A program made the position numbers and the translations under genes. Under the pieces are notes generated by a model. It ran no database searches. It saw only the letters and a list, made by a program, of their open reading frames with translations, and was not told the origin of the DNA. 64,000 nucleotides of DNA from the human T2T-CHM13v2.0 reference genome, Homo sapiens: NCBI RefSeq assembly GCF_009914755.1, contig NC_060939.1; one strand, 5' to 3'. Shown here piece after piece: positions 28,301 through 41,400 of the stretch. How positions within the stretch are numbered: position 1 is the stretch's first letter; each line of letters begins with the position of its first letter.

Positions 28301-31300
28301 ATTCCATTCCAGTTGATATCAATCCATTCGATTCCATTCCATTCGAGCACATTCCATTCGAGTCCATTCCATTCGATGCCATTCCATTTGATTCTATTCC
28401 ATTAGTCTCCATTCAATTCCATTAATCTCCATTCCATTCCATTCTACTCCAACTGATTCCATTCCATTCTATTCCTTTCCATTCCATTTCATTCCATTCC
28501 ATTCCATTTCATTCCATTCCATTCCATTCGTGTCCATTCCACTCCAGTCCATTCCATTCGTGTCCATTCCATTCCAGTCCATTCCATTTGTGTCCACTGC
28601 ATTCCATTCCACTCCATTCCATATTATTCCATTACACTCCATTCCATTCTATTACTTTCATTTCCATTCAATTCCATTCCATTTGATTCCATTCCACTCG
28701 GTTTCATTCCATTTGAGTCCACTCCATTCCATTCCATTCCATTCCATTCAGTTCCATTCCATTCTGTTCCATTCCATTCCGTTCCATTACATTCCATTCC
28801 ATTCGGTACCATTCCATATTGTTCCATTCGATTCCATTCGAATCCATTCCATTCCAGTCCATTCCATTCGATACCATTCCATTCATTTCAATTCCATTCC
28901 ATTCCATTCCATTCCATTCCAATTGATTCCTCTCCATTCCCTTCCACTGCATTCCGTTCGATTCCATTCCATTGCATTGCATTCCATTCCATTGGATTGC
29001 ATTCCATTCGATTCCATTCCATTCGAATCAATTACATAGCAATCCATTACATTCGAGTCTATTCTCTTCCGTTCCATTCGATTTCGTTCCAATCCATTCG
29101 ATTCCATTCCATTCGATTCCATTCCATACTATTGCATTCCATTCGATTACATTATATTCGAATAAGTTCCATTCAAGACCATTTCTTTTGAGTCCATTCT
29201 ATTTGAGTCCATTCCCTTTGATTCCATAACATTTGAGTCCATTCAATTCCATTCCTTTCGTTTCCATTCCATTTGATGCCATTCCATTCAATTCTGTTCT
29301 ACTCGACTCCAATACATTCAATTCCATTCCATCCGATTCCATTACATTCTTTTCATTTCTTATCCATTTCAAGCCATTCCACTCCATTCCATTCCACTCG
29401 TTTCCTTTCCATTCGAGTCCATTCCTCTCCAGTCCATTCCGTTCAATCCATTCCATTCCAGTCCATTCCATTCGAGTCCGTTCCATTCCAGTCCATTCCA
29501 TTCGAGTCAATTCCATTCCATTCGATGTCTTTCCATAACGATCCATTCCATTCTATTCCTTTCGATTCCATTCCATTCTATTTCATTCCATTCGATTCCC
29601 TTCCATTGGACTCCTTTCCATTCGAGTGCATTCCATTCCGTTCCATTTCTTTCCGTTCTGTACGATTCCTACCGTTCGATTTCATTTTGTTCCAGTCCAT
29701 TCCTTTCGCGTCCATTCCATTCCATTTCACTCCATTCGATTCCATTCCACTCCATTCCACTTCGTTCCATTTCATTGCATTCCATTCTATTCAACTCTAT
29801 TGCCTTCCATTCCATTCCATTCGATTACATTCCATGCGATTCCATTCGAAATCGAATCAATTACATTGAAATTCATTACTATTTAGTCCGTTTTATTCCA
29901 GTCCACTGCATTCTGGTCCATTCCATTTGATTCCATTCCATTCTATTCCATTCCATACAGTTGCATTCCATTGGATTCCATGCTATATCTATAAATTCAA
30001 TTCGAGACCATTGCTTTTGAGTCCATTCTATATGATTCCATTCCATTCAAGTCCATTACATTTGGTTCAATTCCATTCCACTCCATTCCCTTCCATTCCA
30101 TTCCATTTGATATCAATCCATTCAATTCCATTCCATTCGAGCACATTCCATTCGAGTCCATTCCATTCGATGCCATTCCATTTGATTCTATTCCATTAGT
30201 CTCCATTCAATTCCATTAATCTCCATTCCATTCCATTCTACTCCAACTGATTCCATTCCATTCTATTCCTTTCCATTCCATTTCATTCCATTCCATTCCA
30301 TTTCATTCCATTCCATTCCATTCGTGTCCATTCCACTCCAGTCCATTCCATTCGTGTCCATTCCATTCCAGTCCATTCCATTTGTGTCCACTGCATTCCA
30401 TTCCACTCCATTCCATATTATTCCATTACACTCCATTCCATTCTATTACTTTCATTTCCATTCAATTCCATTCCATTTGATTCCATTCCACTCGGTTTCA
30501 TTCCATTTGAGTCCACTCCATTCCATTCCATTCCATTCCATTCCATTCAGTTCCATTCCATTCTGTTCCATTCCATTCCATTCCATTCGGTACCATTCCA
30601 TAGTGTTCCATTCGATTCCATTCGAATCCATTCCATTCCAGTCCTTTCCATTCGATTCCATTCCATTCATTTCAATTCCATTCCATTCCATTCCATTCCA
30701 TTCCACTTGATTCCTCTCCATTCCCTTCCACTGCATTCCGTTCGATTCCATTCCATTGCATTGCATTCCATTCCATTGGATTGCATTCCATTCGATTCCA
30801 TTCCATTCGAATCAATTACATAGCAATCCATTACATTCGAGTCTATTCTCTTCCGTTCCATTCGATTTCGTTCCAATCCATTCGATTCCATTCCATTCGA
30901 TTCCATTCCATACTATTGCATTCCATTCGATTAAATTATATTCGAATAAGTTCCATTCAAGACCATTTCTTTTGAGTCCATTCTATTTGAGTCCATTCCC
31001 TTTGATTCCATAACATTTGAGTCCATTCAATTCCATTCCTTTCGTTTCCATTCCATTTGATGCCATTCCATTCAATTCTGTTCTACTCGACTCCAATACA
31101 TTCAATTCCATTCCATCCAATTCCATTACATTCTTTTCATTTCTTATCCATTTCAAGCCATTCCACTCCATTCCATTCCACTCGTTTCCTTTCCATTCGA
31201 GTCCATTCCTCTCCAGTCCATTCCGTTCAATCCATTCCATTCCAGTCCATTCCATTCGAGTCCGTTCCATTCCATTCGATGTCTTTCCATAACGATCCAT

Positions 31301-32480
31301 TCCATTCTATTCCTTTCGATTCCATTCCATTCTATTTCATTCCATTCGATTCCCTTCCATTGGACTCCTTTCCATTCGAGTGCATTCCATTCCGTTCCAT
31401 TTCTTTCCATTCTGTACGATTCCTACCGTTCGATTTCATTTTGTTCCAGTCCATTCCTTTCGCGTCCATTCCATTCCATTTCACTCCATTCGATTCCATT
31501 CCACTCGATTCCACTTTGTTCCATTTCATTGCATTCCATTCTATTCAACTCTATTGCCCTCCATTCCATTCCATTCGATTACATTCCATGCGATTCCATT
31601 CGAAATCGAATCAATTACATTGCAATCCATTACTATTGAGTCCGTTTTATTCCAGTCCACTGCATTCTGGTCCATTCCATTTGATTCCATTCCATTCTAT
31701 TCCATTCCATACAGTTGCATTCCATTGGATTCCATTCTATATCTATAAATTCAATTCGAGACCATTGCTTTTGAGTCCATTCTATATGATTCCATTCCAT
31801 TCAAGTCCATTACATTTGGTTCAATTCCATTCCATTCCATTCCCTTCCATTCCATTCCAGTTGATATCAATCCATTCGATTCCATTCCATTCGAGCACAT
31901 TCCATTCGAGTCCATTCCATTCGATGCCATTCCATTTGATTCTATTCCATTAGTCTCCATTCAATTCCATTAATCTCCATTCCATTCCATTCTACTCCAA
32001 CTGATTCCATTCCATTCTATTCCTTTCCATTCCATTTCATTCCATTCCATTCCATTTCATTCCATTCCATTCCATTCGTGTCCATTCCACTCCAGTCCAT
32101 TCCATTCGTGTCCATTCCATTCCAGTCCATTCCATTTGTGTCCACTGCATTCCATTCCACTCCATTCCATATTATTCCATTACACTCCATTCCATTCTAT
32201 TACTTTCATTTCCATTCAATTCCATTCCATTTGATTCCATTCCACTCGGTTTCATTCCATTTGAGTCCACTCCATTCCATTCCATTCCATTCCATTCAGT
32301 TCCATTCCATTCTGTTCCATTCCATTCCGTTCCATTACATTCCATTCCATTCGGTACCATTCCATATTGTTCCATTCGATTCCATTCGAATCCATTCCAT
32401 TCCAGTCCATTCCATTCGATACCATTCCATTCATTTCAATTCCATTCCATTCCATTCCATTCCATTCCAATTGATTCCTC
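25380..32480 (+). repeat. Two copies of a 3548-bp dimer (1794 + 1754 bp)
   Basis: Private variants recur at +3548: GAAATTCATTACTATTTAG ~26320/~29868, CATAGTG ~27051/~30599, GATTAAATT ~27381/~30929, GATACC ~28870/~32418. Boundaries are approximate. Confidence 0.88.
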
Positions 32481-35400
32481 TCCATTCCCTTCCACTGCAT
32501 TCCGTTCGATTCCATTCCATTGCATTGCATTCCATTCCATTGGATTGCATTCCATTCGATTCCATTCCATTCGAATCAATTACATAGCAATCCATTACAT
32601 TCGAGTCTATTCTCTTCCGTTCCATTCGATTTCGTTCCAATCCATTCGATTCCATTCCATTCGATTCCATTCCATACTATTGCATTCCATTCGATTACAT
32701 TATATTCGAATAAGTTCCATTCAAGACCATTTCTTTTGAGTCCATTCTATTTGAGTCCATTCCCTTTGATTCCATAACATTTGAGTCCATTCAATTCCAT
32801 TCCTTTCGTTTCCATTCCATTTGATGCCATTCCATTCAATTCTGTTCTACTCGACTCCAATACATTCAATTCCATTCCATCCGATTCCATTACATTCTTT
32901 TCATTTCTTATCCATTTCAAGCCATTCCACTCCATTCCATTCCACTCGTTTCCTTTCCATTCGAGTCCATTCCTCTCCAGTCCATTCCGTTCAATCCATT
33001 CCATTCCAGTCCATTCCATTCGAGTCCGTTCCATTCCAGTCCATTCCATTCGAGTCAATTCCATTCCATTCGATGTCTTTCCATAACGATCCATTCCATT
33101 CTATTCCTTTCGATTCCATTCCATTCTATTTCATTCCATTCGATTCCCTTCCATTGGACTCCTTTCCATTCGAGTGCATTCCATTCCGTTCCATTTCTTT
33201 CCGTTCTGTACGATTCCTACCGTTCGATTTCATTTTGTTCCAGTCCATTCCTTTCGCGTCCATTCCATTCCATTTCACTCCATTCGATTCCATTCCACTC
33301 GATTCCACTTCGTTCCATTTCATTGCATTCCATTCTATTCAACTCTATTGCCTTCCATTCCATTCCATTCGATTACATTCCATGCGATTCCATTCGAAAT
33401 CGAATCAATTACATTGCAATCCATTACTATTGAGTCCGTTTTATTCCAGTCCACTGCATTCTGGTCCATTCCATTTGATTCCATTCCATTCTATTCCATT
33501 CCATACAGTTGCATTCCATTGGATTCCATGCTATATCTATAAATTCAATTCGAGACCATTGCTTTTGAGTCCATTCTATATGATTCCATTCCATTCAAGT
33601 CCATTACATTTGGTTCAATTCCATTCCATTCCATTCCCTTCCATTCCATTCCATTTGATATCAATCCATTCGATTCCATTCCATTCGAGCACATTCCATT
33701 CGAGTCCATTCCATTCAATGCCATTCCATTTGATTCTATTCCATTAGTCTCCATTCAATTCCATTAATCTCCATTCCATTCCATTCTACTCCAACTGATT
33801 CCATTCCATTCTATTCCTTTCCATTCCATTTCATTCCATTCCATTCCATTTCATTCCATTCCATTCCATTCGTGTCCATTCCACTCCAGTCCATTCCATT
33901 CGTGTCCATTCCATTCCAGTCCATTCCATTTGTGTCCACTGCATTCCATTCCACTCCATTCCATATTATTCCATTACACTCCATTCCATTCTATTACTTT
34001 CATTTCCCTTCAATTCCATTCCATTTGTTTCCATTCCACTCGGTTTCATTCCATTTGAGTCCACTCCATTCCATTCCATTGCATTCCATTCAGTTCCATT
34101 CCATTCAGTTCCATTCCATTCCGTTCCATTACATTCCATTCCATTCGGTACCATTCCATATTGTTCCATTCGATTCCATTCGAATCCATTCCATTCCAGT
34201 CCATTCCATTCGATTCCATTCCATTCATTTCAATTCCATTCCATTCCATTCCATTACATTCCACTTGATTCCTCTCCATTCCCTTCCACTGCATTCCGTT
34301 CGATTCCATTCCATTGCATTGCATTCCATTCCATTGGATTGCATTCCATTCGATTCCATTCCATTCGAATCAATTACATAGCAATCCATTACATTCGAGT
34401 CTATTCTCTTCCGTTCCATTCGATTTCGTTCCAATCCATTCGATTCCATTCCATTCGATTCCATTCCATACTATTGCATTCCATTCGATTACATTATATT
34501 CGAATAAGTTCCATTCAAGACCATTTCTTTTGAGTCCATTCTATTTGAGTCCATTCCCTTTGATTCCATAACATTTGAGTCCATTCAATTCCATTCCTTT
34601 CGTTTCCATTCCATTTGATGCCATTCCATTCAATTCTGTTCTACTCGACTCCAATACATTCAATTCCATTCCATCCGATTCCATTACATTCTTTTCATTT
34701 CTTATCCATTTCAAGCCATTCCACTCCATTCCATTCCACTCGTTTCCTTTCCATTCGAGTCCATTCCTCTCCAGTCCATTCCGTTCAATCCATTCCATTC
34801 CAGTCCATTCCATTCGAGTCCGTTCCATTCCAGTCCATTCCATTCGAGTCAATTCCATTCCATTCGATGTCTTTCCATAACGATCCATTCCATTCTATTC
34901 CTTTCGATTCCATTCCATTCTATTTCATTCCATTCGATTCCCTTCCATTGGACTCCTTTCCATTCGAGTGCATTCCATTCCTTTCCATTTCTTTCCGTTC
35001 TGTACGATTCCTACCATTCGATTTCATTTTGTTCCAGTCCATTCCTTTCGCGTCCATTCCATTCCATTTCACTCCATTCGATTCCATTCCACTCGATTCC
35101 ACTTCGTTCCATTTCATTGCATTCCATTCTATTCAACTCTATTGCCTTCCATTCCATTCCATTCGATTACATTCCATGCGATTCCATTCGAAATCGAATC
35201 AATTACATTGCAATCCATTACTATTGAGTCCGTTTTATTCCAGTCCACTGCATTCTGGTCCATTCCATTTGATTCCATTCCATTCTATTCCATTCCATAC
35301 AGTTGCATTCCATTGGATTCCATGCTATATCTATAAATTCAATTCGAGACCATTGCTTTTGAGTCCATTCTATATGATTCCATTCCATTCAAGTCCATTA

Positions 35401-38400
35401 CATTTGGTTCAATTCCATTCCATTCCATTCCCTTCCATTCCATTCCATTTGATATCAATCCATTCGATTCCATTCCATTCGAGCACATTCCATTCGAGTC
35501 CATTCCATTCGATGCCATTCCATTTGATTCTATTCCATTAGTCTCCATTCAATTCCATTAATCTCCATTCCATTCCATTCTACTCCAACTGATTCCATTC
35601 CATTCTATTCCTTTCCATTCCATTTCATTCCATTCCATTCCATTTCATTCCATTCCATTCCATTCGTGTCCATTCCACTCCAGTCCATTCCATTCGTGTC
35701 CATTCCATTCCAGTCCATTCCATTTGTGTCCACTGCATTCCATTCCACTCCATTCCATATTATTCCATTACACTCCATTCCATTCTATTACTTTCATTTC
35801 CATTCAATTCCATTCCATTTGATTCCATTCCACTCGGTTTCATTCCATTTGAGTCCACTCCATTCCATTCCATTCCATTCCATTCAGTTCCATTCCATTC
35901 TGTTCCATTCCATTCCGTTCCTTTACATTCCATTCCATTCGGTACCATTCCATATTGTTCCATTCGATTCCATTCGAATCCATTCCATTCCAGTCCATTC
36001 CATTCGATTCCATTCCATTCATTTCAATTCCATTCCATTCCATTCCATTCCATTCCACTTGATTCCTCTCCATTCCCTTCCACTGCATTCCGTTCGATTC
36101 CATTCCATTGTATTGCATTCCATTCCATTGGATTGCATTCCATTCGATTCCATTCCATTCGAATCAATTACATAGCAATCCATTACATTCGAGTCTATTC
36201 TCTTCCGTTCCATTCGATTTCGTTCCAATCCATTCGATTCCATTCCATTCGATTCCATTCCGTACTATTGCATTCCATTCGATTACATTATATTCGAATA
36301 AGTTCCATTCAAGACCATTTCTTTTGAGTCCATTCTATTTGAGTCCATTCCCTTTGATTCCATAACATTTGAGTCCATTCAATTCCATTCCTTTCGTTTC
36401 CATTCCATTTGATTCCATTCCATTCAATTCTGTTCTACTCGACTCCAATACATTCAATTCCATTCCATCCGATTCCATTACATTCTTTTCATTTCTTATC
36501 CATTTCAAGCCATTCCACTCCATTCCATTCCACTCGTTTCCTTTCCATTCGAGTCCATTCCTCTCCAGTCCATTCCGTTCAATCCATTCCATTCCAGTCC
36601 ATTCCATTCGAGTCCGTTCCATTCCAGTCCATTCCATTCGAGTCAATTCCATTCCATTCGATGTCTTTCCATAACGATCCATTCCATTCTATTCCTTTCG
36701 ATTCCATTCCATTCTATTTCATTCCATTCGATTCCCTTCCATTGGACTCCTTTCCATTCGAGTGCATTCCATTCCTTTCCATTTCTTTCCGTTCTGTACG
36801 ATTCCTACCGTTCGATTTCATTTTGTTCCAGTCCATTCCTTTCGCGTCCATTCCATTCCATTTCACTCCATTCGATTCCATTCCACTCGATTCCACTTCG
36901 TTCCATTTCATTGCATTCCATTCTATTCAACTCTATTGCCTTCCATTCCATTCCATTCGATTACATTCCATGCGATTCCATTCGAAATCGAATCAATTAC
37001 ATTGCAATCCATTACTATTGAGTCCGTTTTATTCCAGTCCACTGCATTCTGGTCCATTCCATTTGATTCCATTCCATTCTATTCCATTCCATACAGTTGC
37101 ATTCCATTGGATTCCATGCTATATCTATAAATTCAATTCGAGACCATTGCTTTTGAGTCCATTCTATATGATTCCATTCCATTCAAGTCCATTACATTTG
37201 GTTCAATTCCATTCCATTCCATTCCCTTCCATTCCATTCCATTTGATATCAATCCATTCGATTCCATTCCATTCGAGCACATTCCATTCGAGTCCATTCC
37301 ATTCGATGCCATTCCATTTGATTCTATTCCATTAGTCTCCATTCAATTCCATTAATCTCCATTCCATTCCATTCTACTCCAACTGATTCCATTCCATTCT
37401 ATTCTTTTCCATTCCATTTCATTCCATTCCATTCCATTTCATTCCATTCCATTCCATTCGTGTCCATTCCACTCCAGTCCATTCCATTCGTGTCCATTCC
37501 ATTCCAGTCCATTCCATTTGTGTCCACTGCATTCCATTCCACTCCATTCCATATTATTCCATTACACTCCATTCCATTCTATTACTTTCATTTCCATTCA
37601 ATTCCATTCCATTTGATTCCATTCCACTCGGTTTCATTCCATTTGAGTCCACTCCATTCCATTCCATTCCATTCCATTCAGTTCCATTCCATTCTGTTCC
37701 ATTCCATTCCGTTCCATTACATTCCATTCCATTCGGTACCATTCCATATTGTTCCATTCGATTCCATTCGAATCCATTCCATTCCAGTCCATTCCATTCG
37801 ATTCCATTCCATTCATTTCAATTCCATTCCATTCCATTCCATTCCATTCCACTTGATTCCTCTCCATTCCCTTCCACTGCATTCCTTTCGATTCCATTCC
37901 ATTGCATTGCATTCCATTCCATTGGATTGCATTCCTTTCGATTCCATTCCATTCGAATCAATTACATAGCAATCCATTACATTCGAGTCTATTCTCTTCC
38001 GTTCCATTCGATTTCGTTCCAATCCATTCGATTCCATTCCATTCGATTCCATTCCATACTATTGCATTCCATTCGATTACATTATATTCGAATAAGTTCC
38101 ATTCAAGACCATTTCTTTTGAGTCCATTCTATTTGAGTCCATTCCCTTTGATTCCATAATATTTGAGTCCATTCAATTCCATTCCTTTCGTTTCCATTCC
38201 ATTTGATGCCATTCCATTCAATTCTGTTCTACTCTACTCCAATACATTCAATTCCATTCCATCCGATTCCATTACATTCTTTTCATTTCTTATCCATTTC
38301 AAGCCATTCCACTCCATTCCATGCCACTCGTTTCCTTTCCATTCGAGTCCATTCCTCTCCAGTCCATTCCGTTCAATCCATTCCATTCCAGTCCATTCCA

Positions 38401-41400
38401 TTCGAGTCCGTTCCATTCCAGTCCATTCCATTCGAGTCAATTCCATCCCATTCGATGTCTTTCCATAACGATCCATTCCATTCTATTCCTTTCGATTCCA
38501 TTCCATTCTATTTCATTCCATTCGATTCCCTTCCATTGGACTCCTTTCCATTCGAGTGCATTCCATTCCGTTCCATTTCTTACCGTTCTGTACGATTCCT
38601 ACCGTTCGATTTCATTTTGTTCCAGTCCATTCCTTTCGCGTCCATTCCATTCCATTTCACTCCATTCGATTCCATTCCACTCGATTCCACTTCGTTCCAT
38701 TTCATTGCATTCCATTCTATTCAACTCTATTGCCTTCCATTCCATTCCATTCGATTACATTCCATGCGATTCCATTCGAAATCGAATCAATTACATTGCA
38801 ATCCATTACTATTGAGTCCGTTTTATTCCAGTCCACTGCATTCTGGTCCATTCCATTTGATTCCATTCCATTCTATTCCATTCCATACAGTTGCATTCCA
38901 TTGGATTCCATGCTATATCTATAAATTCAATTCGAGACCATTGCTTTTGAGTCCATTCTATATGATTCCATTCCATTCAAGTCCATTACATTTGGTTCCA
39001 TTCCATTCCATTCCATTCCCTTCCATTCCATTCCATTTGATATCAATCCATTCGATTCCATTCCATTCGAGCACATTCCATTCGAGTCCATTCCATTCGA
39101 TGCCATTCCATTTGATTCTATTCCATTAGTCTCCATTCAATTCCATTAATCTCCATTCCATTCCATTCTACTCCAACTGATTCCATTCCATTCTATTCCT
39201 TTCCATTCCATTTCATTCCATTCCATTCCATTTCATTCCATTCCATTCCATTCGTGTCCATTCCACTCCAGTCCATTCCATTCTTGTCCATTCCATTCCA
39301 GTCCATTCCATTTGTGTCCACTGCATTCCATTCCACTCCATTCCATATTATTCCATTACACTCCATTCCATTCTATTACTTTCATTTCCATTCAATTCCA
39401 TTCCATTTGATTCCATTCCACTCGGTTTCATTCCATTTGAGTCCACTCCATTCCATTCCATTCCATTCCATTCAGTTCCATTCCATTCTGTTCCATTCCA
39501 TTCCGTTCCATTACATTCCATTCCATTCGGTACCATTCCATATTGTTCCATTCGATTCCATTCGAATCCATTCCATTCCAGTCCATTCCATTCGATTCCA
39601 TTCCATTCATTTCAATTCCATTCCATTCCATTCCATTACATTCCACTTGATTCCTCTCCATTCCCTTCCACTGCATTCCGTTCGATTCCATTCCATTGCA
39701 TTGCATTCCATTCCATTGGATTGCATTCCATTCGATTCCATTCCATTCGAATCAATTACATAGCAATCCATTACATTCGAGTCTATTCTCTTCCGTTCCA
39801 TTCGATTTCGTTCCAATCCATTCGATTCCATTCCATTCGATTCCATTCCATACTATTGCATTCCATTCGATTACATTATATTCGAATAAGTTCCATTCAA
39901 GACCATTTCTTTTGAGTCCATTCTATTTGAGTCCATTCCCTTTGATTCCATAACATTTGAGTCCATTCAATTCCATTCCTTTCGTTTCCATTCCATTTGA
40001 TGCCATTCCATTCAATTCTGTTCTACTCGACTCCAATACATTCAATTCCATTCCATCCGATTCCATTACATTCTTTTCATTTCTTATCCATTTCAAGCCA
40101 TTCCACTCCATTCCATTCCACTCGTTTCCTTTCCATTCGAGTCCATTCCTCTCCAGTCCATTCCGTTCAATCCATTCCATTCCAGTCCATTCCATTCGAG
40201 TCCGTTCCATTCCAGTCCATTCCATTCGAGTCAATTCCATTCCATTCGATGTCTTTCCATAACGATCCATTCCATTCTATTCCTTTCGATTCCATTCCAT
40301 TCTATTTCATTCCATTCGATTCCCTTCCATTGGACTCCTTTCCATTCGAGTGCATTCCATTCCGTTCCATTTCTTTCCGTTCTGTACGATTCCTACCGTT
40401 CGATTTCATTTTGTTCCAGTCCATTCCTTTCGCGTCCATTCCATTCCATTTCACTACATTCGATTCCATTCCATTCGATTCCATTCTACTCGATTCCACT
40501 TCGTTCCATTTCATTGCATTCCATTCTATTCAACTCTATTGCCTTCCATTCCATTCCATTCGATTACATTCCATGCGATTCCATTAGAAATCGAATCAAT
40601 TACATTGCAATCCATTACTATTGAGTCCGTTTTATTCCAGTCCACTGCATTCTGGTCCATTCCATTTGATTCCATTCCATTCTATTCCATTCCATGCAGT
40701 TGCATTCCATTGGATTCCATGCTATATCTATAAATTCAATTCGAGACCATTGCTTTTGAGTCCATTCTATATGATTCCATTCCATTCAAGTCCATTACAT
40801 TTGGTTCAATTCCATTCCATTCCATTCCCTTCCATTCCATTCCAGTTGATATCAATCCATTCGATTCCATTCCATTCGAGCACATTCCATTCGAGTCCAT
40901 TCCATTCGATGCCATTCCATTTGATTCTATTCCATTAGTCTCCATTCAATTCCATTAATCTCCATTCCATTCCATTCTACTCCAACTGATTCCATTCCAT
41001 TCTATTCCTTTCCATTCCATTTCATTCCATTCCATTCCATTTCATTCCATTCCATTCCATTCGTGTCCATTCCACTCCAGTCCATTCCATTCGTGTCCAT
41101 TCCATTCCAGTCCATTCCATTTGTGTCCACTGCATTCCATTCCACTCCATTCCATATTATTCCATTACACTCCATTCCATTCTATTACTTTCATTTCCAT
41201 TCAATTCCATTCCATTTGATTCCATTCCACTCGGTTTCATTCCATTTGAGTCCACTCCATTCCATTCCATTCCATTCCATTCAGTTCCATTCCATTCTGT
41301 TCCATTCCATTCCGTTCCATTACATTCCATTCCATTCGGTACCATTCCATATTGTTCCATTCGATTCCATTCGAATCCATTCCATTCCAGTCCATTCCAT

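Noticed and set aside
25380-32480. Assignment to DYZ1 (Yq12) or HSat2
   Set aside because: The basic period is 1794 bp with near-identical neighbours, not ~3.6 kb, and the 3548-bp period is only local. HSat2-type CGATGAT motifs are not seen.
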